Shown: piece by piece, positions 18,367-27,697 of the stretch | How the letters are laid out: each line of letters begins with the position of its first letter | How positions within the stretch are numbered: the stretch's first letter is position 1 | NCBI GenBank assembly: GCA_964518635.1 | Contig: CAZFGK010000005.1 | Coordinates: 1,679-65,678, forward strand | Reading direction: 5' to 3' | DNA from: an uncultured Ignavibacteriales bacterium | GTDB taxonomy: Bacteria; Zixibacteria; MSB-5A5; GN15; FEB-12 | Length of the DNA: 64,000 bases | The notes under the pieces: generated by a model | The model's input: the letters and a program-made list of their open reading frames with translations, nothing else | Told to the model about the DNA's origin: nothing | Databases searched by the model: none | Position numbers and translations under genes: made by a program

Positions 18367-20355
18367 ATGATGCAGTTGCTGCTGGTATTTCTGATTCTCT
18401 CGCTGTTGAGTATGTCAACTCTTGCTGCGTCGCTTCGGTCAATCTCTGCCCTTCAGGAAGACCGAAACAACGGTCTGATCACTGCAGATCAGTTTGCACT
18501 TGAAATTATTCGAACTATCAAGACTCCAATTTCTCAACTCCCTGATCAGGCAATTGAGCAAGAGCAGAATCAACATCGCGTGTGTGCAACAGCGGCACTC
18601 CTTCAGATCAGACAGTCGTGGGACTCACTCAGTCGATCTACCCAGCAGCTTGTTACGGCGGCTCTAGCACGCCCTTCGGCCGATTCGGTGCTGGTTTCTC
18701 CCTCGGGATTTTTCACACTGCATTACAGCTTGAGCGGCGTAAACGCGGTTCCTGCAGCTGATCTGGATGCAGACATGCGCCCTGATTATGTCGAAAAGAT
18801 GGCCGCCTATATGGATACTTCACTCTTCACGCATCGTGATCTCGGATTTATCGATCCGCCGTTTGATGGTTTGAACGGGGGAGATTCAACCTTCGATGTC
18901 TACTTTGAAGACATCGGTGCCTATGGCTACGCTGTCCCGGAAGGGCCGGGGCCGAATCCGTGGCCGGATGAATTCTCCTATCTGGTCGTTCACAATACCT
19001 TCGTTGGATTTCCTCCGAATGATGACCCTGAAGGGGATGTTGCCGGGGCCGCAAAGGCGACTTGCGCCCATGAGTTTCATCATTGTGTGCAGTTTGCCTA
19101 TGATCCGAATGAAGCGATCTGGTTAATGGAACTGGATGCAACGGAAAGTGAAGACCTCGTCTACAATGCTACCGACGACAATTACAATTACCTGAACGGC
19201 TATTTCCTGGATCCTGAAATTTCATTGATGTCGGTCAGCAATCACATGTACTCGTCCTTCATCTGGCATAGTTATCTCGCTCAGCGTTTTGATACGACAT
19301 TACTTACTCAACTCTGGAAGGGTGCACGGACCGTGAGTTCCTTTCAGAGTTCAGCCGACTCACTGCTCGCGTATCATGGAGTTACTCATGACAGTGCATT
19401 TACTGAGTTTGTGAGTTGGTTGTACAAGACGAATACCCGATCGGACGGCACCGGATTCGAAGAGGCCTCGTCCTATCCGTTTGTGCAAATTGATCGCAGC
19501 CATTCCAGCTTTCCGATAGCAGCTCAGCTTTCGCCAAAATCTCCGGGAGGGTATGCCTCCTGCTGGGTTGAGGCGATCACATCCGGTGTCTCTGGAAACA
19601 TGAGGATTGATTTCGACGGAAATGATGCCCGTCAATGGGGAGCAGTCGTCATCCTGACAAAAGGAATCAATCAGCATACCGTCCTTTCTATTCCCCTCAG
19701 TGGACCAAACTACGTCGGAAGTATTACTGTCGATTCGATGGGGCAGTATTCCAAGATTACTCTGGCCGGAATAAACCTGAGTGAAAACTCCGCCTCTTCG
19801 ACTTTCACCTATGGTTTTACGCCGACGTACACGTTAAGTGTTGCTGCGTCTCCTGCAGACTCAGGTGCCTATTCTGGTGCATCACGCTCAATGAAGCTGT
19901 ATCTGAAGAATTTTCTACCGACAGGTCAGGTGATGCGCGCAGTCTTCAGCGATCTGTCCGGTTGGGTCGACCTTGATTCGGCGAACGTGTTTGTTCCGAC
20001 ACTCGACAGCGCAATCGTACTCATCCCTGTCAGCGTTCCGGTTTCAACCCCGCTTGGAACTCTCTCACAGGTCGATGTCGCGGTGCGATCCCTCTCTGAT
20101 ACGACTCAGCACTTCACCATGAATTTCAACGCGATCACGGTGGTGAAGCGTGGTGATTACAATTTTGACGGATCCATTGACATTGCTGATCTTACCTACT
20201 GTGTGAACTATCTCTTTTTCTTTGGTGATGATCCGATTCCAGTTGTTCTTGCAGGAGACTTCGACTGTTCTCCCGGAATTGACATCGGTGATTTGACACA
20301 GCTCGTTGACAATCTCTTTCTCTCTTTCGCACCCAGCCCGTGTCAGCCCGACTGA
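18367..20355 (+). CDS. Secreted HExxH zinc metalloprotease with a C-terminal dockerin-like duplicated Ca-binding module
   Basis: Signal peptide MMQLLLVFLILSLLSMSTLAAS. The zinc motif is AHEFHHCVQF. The C-terminus has GDYNFDGSIDIADLTYCVNYLF and GDFDCSPGIDIGDLTQLVDNLF, two dockerin-type repeats. An alternative GTG start at 18328 follows an AGGAG. Confidence 0.7.
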   Translation: MMQLLLVFLILSLLSMSTLAASLRSISALQEDRNNGLITADQFALEIIRTIKTPISQLPDQAIEQEQNQHRVCATAALLQIRQSWDSLSRSTQQLVTAALARPSADSVLVSPSGFFTLHYSLSGVNAVPAADLDADMRPDYVEKMAAYMDTSLFTHRDLGFIDPPFDGLNGGDSTFDVYFEDIGAYGYAVPEGPGPNPWPDEFSYLVVHNTFVGFPPNDDPEGDVAGAAKATCAHEFHHCVQFAYDPNEAIWLMELDATESEDLVYNATDDNYNYLNGYFLDPEISLMSVSNHMYSSFIWHSYLAQRFDTTLLTQLWKGARTVSSFQSSADSLLAYHGVTHDSAFTEFVSWLYKTNTRSDGTGFEEASSYPFVQIDRSHSSFPIAAQLSPKSPGGYASCWVEAITSGVSGNMRIDFDGNDARQWGAVVILTKGINQHTVLSIPLSGPNYVGSITVDSMGQYSKITLAGINLSENSASSTFTYGFTPTYTLSVAASPADSGAYSGASRSMKLYLKNFLPTGQVMRAVFSDLSGWVDLDSANVFVPTLDSAIVLIPVSVPVSTPLGTLSQVDVAVRSLSDTTQHFTMNFNAITVVKRGDYNFDGSIDIADLTYCVNYLFFFGDDPIPVVLAGDFDCSPGIDIGDLTQLVDNLFLSFAPSPCQPD

Positions 20356-20498
20356 CAATCTCAATATTCTTCAAAGCCGATAGTTCCTGCGATTACTCTC
20401 TTAAAACTTGACGAATTGTCATTTCACTTTTTACTGTGTAGTGAACAGGTAGGAACAGTGCAAGGAAGCATTGTCCTGATAGGAAGGGGAGAGTATCG

Positions 20499-20717
20499 AT
20501 GCCACGGTTCAATGAGCCGAGAATCCTTGTGTGCATTGACTGTCACGAGGAATTTGTCTTCACCGCAGCAGCGCAGGAATATTTCGACGACAAGGGATTC
20601 CATCAGGATCCGAAGCGTTGCAAGAACTGTCATCTCTCGCGTAAACGTCGGCAAAGAAATGGGGAAACAGAATCGACCGGCACGGAAGTACCGGTCGATG
20701 CGGGGGCTTCAGACTAG
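20499..20717 (+). CDS. Small zinc-ribbon protein (zf-trcl-like)
   Basis: 72 aa. CIDC...x27...CKNC cysteine pairs with F.F....Q.F...KGF...P.RC spacing. GGGGAG SD upstream. Confidence 0.6.
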   Translation: MPRFNEPRILVCIDCHEEFVFTAAAQEYFDDKGFHQDPKRCKNCHLSRKRRQRNGETESTGTEVPVDAGASD

Positions 20718-20734
20718 AATCTTCAGTCGAACGA

Positions 20735-22504
20735 TTATTTGATCAGGAGCATTTTCACCGCTTGTTGGGAACTGTCGACTTCCAATGAGGCGAGGTACAT
20801 CCCTGACCCGACTGATTCTCCTTGCTGGTCTTTTCCATCCCACTCAACCTGATATTCTCCGGCCGCACGAGATTCATTCACCAGCGACCGGATTTCCTGT
20901 CCCACGAGATTGTAGATGGTCAGTCTTACCGCTGCAGTCGCTTCGAGAGAGAATGCAATGGTCGTCGAAGGATTGAACGGATTCGGATAGTTTCCGTGCA
21001 GCGCAAAAGAAGCTGGTACAACTGCATCATCATCGACGCCAGCAACGATCCCGACGATCAAATCGGCGGTTATCACCGGGCTTGAGTTTGAGATGTCATT
21101 GACGGCGACGAACGTTCCGCCTGTCGTGTAGGAATTACTGTTTGGAGTGGTTGAACCATTCCAATTGCGGACAGTCAATGATCCGGGAAACGGATCAGAG
21201 GCATTTCCTGAACTCGATGGTGAGCCGTTTTCAAGTTCAAAGAGGCCGTCTGCTTGTTCCAATGCAACGAGATAGTGATTCGCGCCTGGATTTCCCGGAA
21301 TCCACTCTTGCTGGTTCGTCGACTTGTTGTCGTCGATGTGCCAGATGAACAGTCCCCCTTGAGGGATGTAAGCGTCGTAGCCGATTTTCTGACGGTTCTC
21401 TACGAGGAAATACTCATTTGTCATGAGTCCCGATGTCCAGAGTCGGAAAATCTGCCCGCCAGTGTTGACCTGCGCGATCGGCTGATTAATCAGATTTGAG
21501 GTGACATTCTGTGCCGTCTTGAAACCCATCTCGATACGGCTCCATGCACTCGGATGAGACGGGGAAGCGCCAAGTCCACCCGGACCATTCCAGCTTCCAA
21601 CCGCCATGATATCCCATTTCCCGACTCCGTGTGAAGAGCCATCGGTGTCATACAGATCAGGAAGACCAAAGCCATGACAGAGTTCATGGGCATAGACACC
21701 AATAGTCATGTCATTTGGATTGTACCAGTATTCCGGTTGCACCGTAAATGATGAAATCGAGACACCATCTTTCACTCGTGGCGAGATCCCCCACTTGTGT
21801 GACCACATATCGTTGGCGCTGCCGGTCAATTCCGCTCCGGACCCTGCATGAATGACAAGAAGTACATCGACCGTGCCATTGTTATCATTGTCGTAGTTCG
21901 AAAAATCGACCAACGGATCGACCAGGTCGACGAGATCTTCGACCATCTTCTGTGAATTGTGTGGATAATCGCCGAGACCGTTATCCGGGTTGTTCGAACC
22001 ATTCATATCCTGTACATAGTAGTTGTAAGTCTGTGGCGCGGTCTGCCAGCCGATGGTCGATGGTGCATTCACCGTTACCAGATCAAGTGAGCCGTAGGAT
22101 ATTTCATCAAAGTAGTCTTTGATCGTTGCCCCGTTGGCGGAGAAGATCATTGAATCGAAATAGGTCGGCTGTACCTGCGAGTTCTTGTCGGAGAATTTCA
22201 CCAGGATGGCAAGAATTTTAAACTGCGTAGCAGCAGATTGCGCTCCACCTTGAGTTCGACGGGAGACGATGTTGGAGAGAGTCTGCGCCATGAAAGAATC
22301 CGGCGTGCAGATCCCTTTGTCATGGCGATGCGCGAAGTCAGGGATGATTCGTTCGGCTCTGGGTGCGCTATTCGCGTTCGCTTCCAGAAGCGAAGGATGC
22401 GGGGCGACCGCATGCCCGGACGTTGACATCGAACCAACAAATAGCAACGACAGAGCCGCTGCCCTGGAAAGTGAATTTTTCATTTGAACAACCATGGAAC
22501 GCAT
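20735..22504 (-). CDS. M6 family (immune inhibitor A-like) metalloprotease with a T9SS C-terminal sorting domain
   Basis: Signal peptide. The HExxH context is VYAHELCHGFGLPDLYD. The C-terminal 85 aa (NYPNPFNPSTTIAFSL...LTIYNLVGQEI...VGSGMYLASL...KMLLIK) is a Por_Secre_tail/FlgD-Ig-like CTD. AGGAG lies 6 nt before the ATG. Confidence 0.85.
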   Translation of the reverse strand: MRSMVVQMKNSLSRAAALSLLFVGSMSTSGHAVAPHPSLLEANANSAPRAERIIPDFAHRHDKGICTPDSFMAQTLSNIVSRRTQGGAQSAATQFKILAILVKFSDKNSQVQPTYFDSMIFSANGATIKDYFDEISYGSLDLVTVNAPSTIGWQTAPQTYNYYVQDMNGSNNPDNGLGDYPHNSQKMVEDLVDLVDPLVDFSNYDNDNNGTVDVLLVIHAGSGAELTGSANDMWSHKWGISPRVKDGVSISSFTVQPEYWYNPNDMTIGVYAHELCHGFGLPDLYDTDGSSHGVGKWDIMAVGSWNGPGGLGASPSHPSAWSRIEMGFKTAQNVTSNLINQPIAQVNTGGQIFRLWTSGLMTNEYFLVENRQKIGYDAYIPQGGLFIWHIDDNKSTNQQEWIPGNPGANHYLVALEQADGLFELENGSPSSSGNASDPFPGSLTVRNWNGSTTPNSNSYTTGGTFVAVNDISNSSPVITADLIVGIVAGVDDDAVVPASFALHGNYPNPFNPSTTIAFSLEATAAVRLTIYNLVGQEIRSLVNESRAAGEYQVEWDGKDQQGESVGSGMYLASLEVDSSQQAVKMLLIK

Positions 22505-22515
22505 ATCTCTCTCCT

Positions 22516-23814
22516 TTAGAATGCAAACCCAGTGGAAAGGGCGACATGTGCCCCGGTTGAACTCTTCGATGAAAAAGACGATCCCCCGACCACTGCGGCA
22601 TCGACATAGAGCCCGAACAGTTTGATACCTGCTCCGCCGCTGAAGCGGGTGTTGTCATCGCCGCCGGTTTGTACGCCGGCTCGCAAGGGAAGAAACCCAA
22701 TCAACCGAAGCTCGATTCCGGCTGCGATTTCAGGATTCTTTGAGACCGAGAAACGATTTTCGAATCCCTGTGTCCAGTCGACGGCATAGCGGAGCCAGCC
22801 ACGATTCTGCGCAAGACCAACGGTCAACTGCTTTGGGAGGGAAGTCGTAAACGAAGGAATATCTCGTTCGATCTCTTCTGAGAGGATATAGTCCTCATCA
22901 AGATTTTCTACGGTGGCAGTATCGAAGCTGAATTGATAACCGAATTCTTTGGTGTCACGGTTCCAATTCATCGAAGAGAACACATTGCTCACTTTCGCGC
23001 CAATAACCATCCCGTGAGAGAGATTCATGGCGACTCCGAGATCAGCGGCATAGCCACGTCCGCCCATGGCAGTGCGTGTCAGCAGATTTCCGGCTCCGGC
23101 GAAGCCGGTAGAGGTGGTAATCGCCATTCCGTTCAGTTCGGTGACTTCCTGATACCCTAGTCCATACAGATAGCGACCTGTTACTCCAGCGACCAACTGG
23201 CGTGAGCCAATCGATGCAAGGGGAAGTCCGACCGAGAGGGAGGCTGATGCAATGCTTAGCCCATCTGCGCGAGTGCCATCAAGATTGATCGAGTCATTGA
23301 TCTGATTACCATTGAGAATTAGATCGACTATGTCTTTGCTGAGGTTCACATCTGCAGTCGCTGTAGCACTGAAGTCGAAGGCGATCTTCCCCCAACCGAT
23401 GGTCATTGCAGAAGCGGCGACATTGGCGTCAAAACGGAGCCCGTCGGCGGGAACTCTGCCGAGGAGATAGGCCTTATCCTGATCGGTCAGAAAGGCGCCG
23501 GTGTATTTGTTGTAGTCGTCGAGGTTGAATGAATTGTTGTTCAGACGCGCTCCGACACCGATGAATTCAATTCCGGCATTTCGATACCCCTGCAATGCCA
23601 GATTCGCTGGATTAAATCGACCGGCAACGGGTCCATTGGCGAGGGAGAGATGTGCACCACCCATTGCTAAACTACGCGCAGAGGAAGTCGTCGCCTGTGA
23701 TCCACTGACGCAGAATGTCAGCAGTAGCGCAGCGATAAGTGTGAAATGTGAGACTCTAGTGATAAGGTCCGCGGCGGGTACTGAACGAGTATAGGAAACC
23801 TGCTTGTTCATCAT
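22516..23814 (-). CDS. Outer-membrane beta-barrel protein, PorV/PorQ/TraF-like (DUF5723-like)
   Basis: Signal peptide. The mature N-terminus SARSLAMGGAHLSLANGPVAGRFNPANLAL resembles the ARS-GMG...NPA-LA signature of this barrel family, recalled from memory. Alternating beta pattern and a C-terminal ...STGFAF. AAGGAGG SD lies before the ATGATG. Confidence 0.6.
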   Translation of the reverse strand: MMNKQVSYTRSVPAADLITRVSHFTLIAALLLTFCVSGSQATTSSARSLAMGGAHLSLANGPVAGRFNPANLALQGYRNAGIEFIGVGARLNNNSFNLDDYNKYTGAFLTDQDKAYLLGRVPADGLRFDANVAASAMTIGWGKIAFDFSATATADVNLSKDIVDLILNGNQINDSINLDGTRADGLSIASASLSVGLPLASIGSRQLVAGVTGRYLYGLGYQEVTELNGMAITTSTGFAGAGNLLTRTAMGGRGYAADLGVAMNLSHGMVIGAKVSNVFSSMNWNRDTKEFGYQFSFDTATVENLDEDYILSEEIERDIPSFTTSLPKQLTVGLAQNRGWLRYAVDWTQGFENRFSVSKNPEIAAGIELRLIGFLPLRAGVQTGGDDNTRFSGGAGIKLFGLYVDAAVVGGSSFSSKSSTGAHVALSTGFAF

Positions 23815-23821
23815 CCCCTCC

Positions 23822-25849
23822 TTAAAAGCTGCCATCGAAGCGGTAGGTGATTTCGGCGCGAGCGATGAGTGTGACATAGTCGCTCCCTGTGAATCGAACG
23901 ACCTGACCGGATGTACCGGGAAGAGTCAGTACCGGAAGAATGTAGAGCGGATTATTTTTCAGCACATCGATCTCTGAACGATCCAGCGTTATTCGCAGTT
24001 CACCAGTTGTCGAAGCCGCAGTCACAATGCCGCCGGTCAGAGTTCCTGGAGCCAGGGTGATGCCGTCAATATTGACATCCGGATTGTTCAGCAAACTTGC
24101 CGAATCTGCTCCCAGATGAATCTCAAGCGTCGCACCGACCGGGAGATGATTGTTCACGGTGTAGACAATCTCTGCCTGTTGAATATCCGCGCTGGCATCA
24201 GCCAAGCCGTCACTCTCGGCACGTTCAACATCAAAATCGATGAGTGTTGGTCCGAGAGTGAGTGCGAGAGGTGCGCTGAAACGGGCAACTCCGACCACAA
24301 AATCACCACTCGAAATCGTTCCGATGGTTGATCCGTCTCCGAAGTTTGCAGTGCCGGTGATGGTGATATTGGTAGGGAGTGGGGAAAGGAAATTTGCGAC
24401 GCTGGAGTCGACAGAGGTCGATGTCACCGCTGTCTGGCCGTTCGCTGCGGCGATAGTGCCGGAGAAGGTCAGTTGCTTACCGTTATTGGCATTCAACTGA
24501 AGACTATAGTCTCCGGCGACACCGAAACGATTGGTGATACTCAGAAGAAGGACTGCTTCGGCAAGGGAACCATTTTCGAATCCCTGCGGGATATCGACAT
24601 CGATAGAAGTCGGATCAATGACGGTCGTGATATCCAGTGTGCCAGTTACTGTGGCGAAAGAAAGATTGGAGAGCTCTACATCGCAGGAGAATCCGTCATT
24701 CGCGTTGACGTTTATCAAATTGCTGCCACTGCCGGCGGAGGTAACCTGGAGATCTATGGGTAATTGCTGCGGAGCAGTCTGATCAGCGATTTCAAGAACG
24801 GCATTCGCAAGATTGATCGTCTGATTGTTGGTAGATTGGGGCGCAACATTCTGAGTCACGACCAGTGCATTTCCACCCTGTTTAAGATCAGGGATGGTAA
24901 TCTGGATAGTCGCCGCCAAATTAGTTCCGTTGGTAATCGAAACTGAAAGATTACCTCCACTTAATTCCGCCTGCTGAATGACTTGTGGTTCATTCAGGCT
25001 TGCAGTGCTAGTGACGGAACGCGAGAGTGATGGTACCGTCGTCGTCGCGGATGAAACCGTCAACGAATTATCGAAGCGAAACTCGGTGGTGATCCCTTTG
25101 TCTGCGGCACTGAGGACAGAACCGCCGGATGTATGACAATCAGCAAGCATTCCCAACTGATTTGAGAGAGTACGTCCATTCAAATTTACAGCGACAGAGT
25201 CCCTCGCTGCTGATGCAATTCCAGATGGGAAATTGAACGTGCCGATGAGTTGCGACGCGCCGTTATCATTCAAATCAACTGTCACAGTTGAAAGATCAAT
25301 ACCGAGATTATTTTCGATAATCAGCCACGCACTCCCCTGACCGATGGTCATGCTGGTGTAAGAAGTACTGGACGGGATATCAGCGGCGACGACGAAATCC
25401 ATCGCTGGGACATTTCCGGGAAGAACAACTGCCAACGGCCCGATATCAGCGACCGGAACAACAACCGGGCTCAGTGCAGGGGGGACGACAGTGACATTCC
25501 CCAACGTCTGGTTCACCGATTGACTGATATTCGATGTCTGAAACTCGGCGGCATCAACGCGGACGGTATCAAGAGTTTCCGAGATTTCAAAGAGTACCGC
25601 GCCATTACTGTCGACACGGAGATAGTCGCCGTCAATTTTCTCGACGAGTTCAGTCATGGTGTAGGTTCGCTGAATGAGTGGGACGGTCAAATTGGTATCC
25701 CAGGAGGGTGACTCCGGCGATTTGATACTGCACTGAATCAGAGAAAGGAAGACAGTGATGAGCATCACTGCAAAGAAGCACTTCATGAGAAAATTCACGA
25801 ACCAGGAGCCGCGCTCCTGATCGGCGAGATTTCCGGTTCGTCGTGACAT
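23822..25849 (-). CDS. Large secreted, probably lipidated, hypothetical protein rich in T/S/N/V beta-type sequence
   Basis: About 675 aa. ATG 25849 is preceded by AGGAGG at 7 nt. Hydrophobic signal ending ...LSLIQCS. No recognisable domain. First gene of a 3-gene minus-strand operon. Confidence 0.6.
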   Translation of the reverse strand: MSRRTGNLADQERGSWFVNFLMKCFFAVMLITVFLSLIQCSIKSPESPSWDTNLTVPLIQRTYTMTELVEKIDGDYLRVDSNGAVLFEISETLDTVRVDAAEFQTSNISQSVNQTLGNVTVVPPALSPVVVPVADIGPLAVVLPGNVPAMDFVVAADIPSSTSYTSMTIGQGSAWLIIENNLGIDLSTVTVDLNDNGASQLIGTFNFPSGIASAARDSVAVNLNGRTLSNQLGMLADCHTSGGSVLSAADKGITTEFRFDNSLTVSSATTTVPSLSRSVTSTASLNEPQVIQQAELSGGNLSVSITNGTNLAATIQITIPDLKQGGNALVVTQNVAPQSTNNQTINLANAVLEIADQTAPQQLPIDLQVTSAGSGSNLINVNANDGFSCDVELSNLSFATVTGTLDITTVIDPTSIDVDIPQGFENGSLAEAVLLLSITNRFGVAGDYSLQLNANNGKQLTFSGTIAAANGQTAVTSTSVDSSVANFLSPLPTNITITGTANFGDGSTIGTISSGDFVVGVARFSAPLALTLGPTLIDFDVERAESDGLADASADIQQAEIVYTVNNHLPVGATLEIHLGADSASLLNNPDVNIDGITLAPGTLTGGIVTAASTTGELRITLDRSEIDVLKNNPLYILPVLTLPGTSGQVVRFTGSDYVTLIARAEITYRFDGSF

Positions 25850-25902
25850 ACACAATCCTCCTGCAACCATTTCCCTGACCCTCCGGCATTCGCCAGGGAG
25901 GT

Positions 25903-25926
25903 CATGGTCATTGTTTCATGACCATG
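25903..25926. promoter_or_regulatory. Perfect 9-bp inverted repeat with a 6-nt spacer in a divergent intergenic region (candidate operator)
   Basis: catggtcat-tgtttc-atgaccatg. It lies 54 nt upstream of the lipoprotein start and 190 nt upstream of the WYL regulator start. Confidence 0.3.
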
Positions 25927-26116
25927 CAGGTGGAGAGAGGCAAGCGTGATGCCACCCGATAATTTCATGCTTTCGATTGGCAGATCGCGGGTTAGCGCGC
26001 TAAGTCGATGCAGGGGGGATGGTCTGAGGTGTGAGAGAACGGGTCGATTATGGGGAAGAGGGCATAGTGGCGGGATTGCTGTTCAGATGTTATACTCCCT
26101 GTCTTAGCAGGGGACA

Positions 26117-27151
26117 ATGACCAAAGCAAGTCGACTCATTCGTTTGATTCTTCTCTTGCGAGCGAACCGCTCAATGGATTGTGGTCGTCTGGCTCGTGAG
26201 CTTGCTGTTAGTGAGCGAACTGTCTATCGTGACATCGACGCGCTCTCAGATATCAATGTACCGATCTACTACGACGGTTCCGGATATCATCTGCAGGACA
26301 ATTCATTTCTCCCGATTCTCAATCTCGATACCGAGGAGTATTTCCTCCTAAAGACTCTGCTCGAAGCCCCTCCCTCAAAAGCGACCACTGAGACACGGGC
26401 TTTGGTCAAACAGCTGTCACACAAACTAGACGCAGTACTCAGTGCGACGGTCAAAGAGGCACGCAAGACTCGTCAAAGTTCCAGTCGGATCATGGTTAAA
26501 AGCAGCTATGATCCGATTACCGTCGAAAGGTGGATGCCTGTTCTCTGTCAGGCGATCAAGACAGACAAGATGGTTGAGATAGAGTATGACAGTCTTGGAC
26601 GAGGGAAAGGGTTGCGGGAACTTGAACCGTATCAGATTCTCTTTCGCGGGAGAGCATTCTACCTGATCGGCTACTCGACAGAGCATCAGGAATATCGAAT
26701 CTATCGGCTGGATCGAATCTCAAATGTCACCATTGCCAAGCAGCATTTCTTACCCCGGACTGACTACAATCCTGAAACGCTGCTGACTGGAAAAACAGAC
26801 TATGACGGGGACTCAAACTGGTACGATATCGAAGTCATATTCCGTGGACGTGCGGCGAAAATAGTCTCGACCGGAAAACGATTCGATGGAGAACAGCTCT
26901 CCAAACTCGCCGATGGAGGTGTTCGCTATAAGGTAAGGGTTCAGGGGCTATCAGAAATCGCGGTCTGGATCGCAGGGTATGGGGTCGAGGCGGAAGTTGT
27001 CGCTCCCGAACTGCTCCGCAGACGATTCGCCGAAATCGGAAGGTACTACTTGGAAGCCTACGGCAAATCGGCTCGCCCAGAGGAAGTCATCACGCTGGAA
27101 TCTGATCGCACCTCACGGCTGACTCATTTGAAGGATTCAGGCAGCAATTAG
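26117..27151 (+). CDS. WYL domain transcriptional regulator (YafY/PafC-like: HTH + WYL + C-terminal extension)
   Basis: The N-terminus SRLIRLILLLRANRSMDCGRLARELAVSERTVYRDIDAL is an HTH_11-type domain. The central VEIEYDSLGRGKGLRELEPYQILFRGRAFYLIGYSTEHQEYRIYRLDRI is a WYL domain. Confidence 0.85.
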   Translation: MTKASRLIRLILLLRANRSMDCGRLARELAVSERTVYRDIDALSDINVPIYYDGSGYHLQDNSFLPILNLDTEEYFLLKTLLEAPPSKATTETRALVKQLSHKLDAVLSATVKEARKTRQSSSRIMVKSSYDPITVERWMPVLCQAIKTDKMVEIEYDSLGRGKGLRELEPYQILFRGRAFYLIGYSTEHQEYRIYRLDRISNVTIAKQHFLPRTDYNPETLLTGKTDYDGDSNWYDIEVIFRGRAAKIVSTGKRFDGEQLSKLADGGVRYKVRVQGLSEIAVWIAGYGVEAEVVAPELLRRRFAEIGRYYLEAYGKSARPEEVITLESDRTSRLTHLKDSGSN

Positions 27152-27218
27152 GTCTGACCGAGGGGGGCTTTGTCATCGACTGAATCGGGGCTATCTCCTT
27201 TTCCGACAGGAGTTTTAT

Positions 27219-27247
27219 TTGACTCAATCCGGAAGCCCGTCTAGAGT
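27219..27247 (+). promoter_or_regulatory. Candidate sigma70-type promoter for the BMC-H/AldDh genes
   Basis: TTGACT-17 nt-TAGAGT, about 105 nt upstream of the BMC-H start. The leader contains an imperfect hairpin at roughly 27262-27292. Confidence 0.35.
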
Positions 27248-27354
27248 GTCCGTGTAGAGATGTCATCTGTTGCGCCCAATAGGCAGCACAGATGGTGGTT
27301 CAATGGATATGAACAGTTCAAAGCCATTGTGCTTACAGGATTGAAGGAGCGCGT

Positions 27355-27639
27355 GTGGAAGCATTAGGTCTGATAGAGACAAAGGGACTCGTTGCCCTGA
27401 TCGAGGCGAGTGACGCCATGGTCAAAGCGGCCAAAGTAACCTTGGTTGGCTACGAGAAGATCGGCGGCGGTCTGGTGACTGCAATCGTGCGTGGTGATGT
27501 TGCGGCATGTAAGGCAGCAACCGACGCAGGAGCGGCAGCGGCTCAGAAGATCGGCGAATTGGTTTCGGTGCACGTTATCCCACGTCCGCACAGCAATGTC
27601 TTTGAGATTTTCCCGGCACGTCTCCCCGGCGAGAAATAG
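27355..27639 (+). CDS. Bacterial microcompartment shell protein, BMC-H (PduA/EutM type hexamer)
   Basis: 94 aa. [62 protein letters not shown]...VHVIPRPH is collinear with PduA, recalled from memory. GTG start lies 5 nt after AGGAG. Confidence 0.92.
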   Translation: MEALGLIETKGLVALIEASDAMVKAAKVTLVGYEKIGGGLVTAIVRGDVAACKAATDAGAAAAQKIGELVSVHVIPRPHSNVFEIFPARLPGEK

Positions 27640-27697
27640 GCCAGCAATGAATCGGCGAGGAGAGTTCCTCTTTTCGCAAACGGAACGGAGCTTGTAG

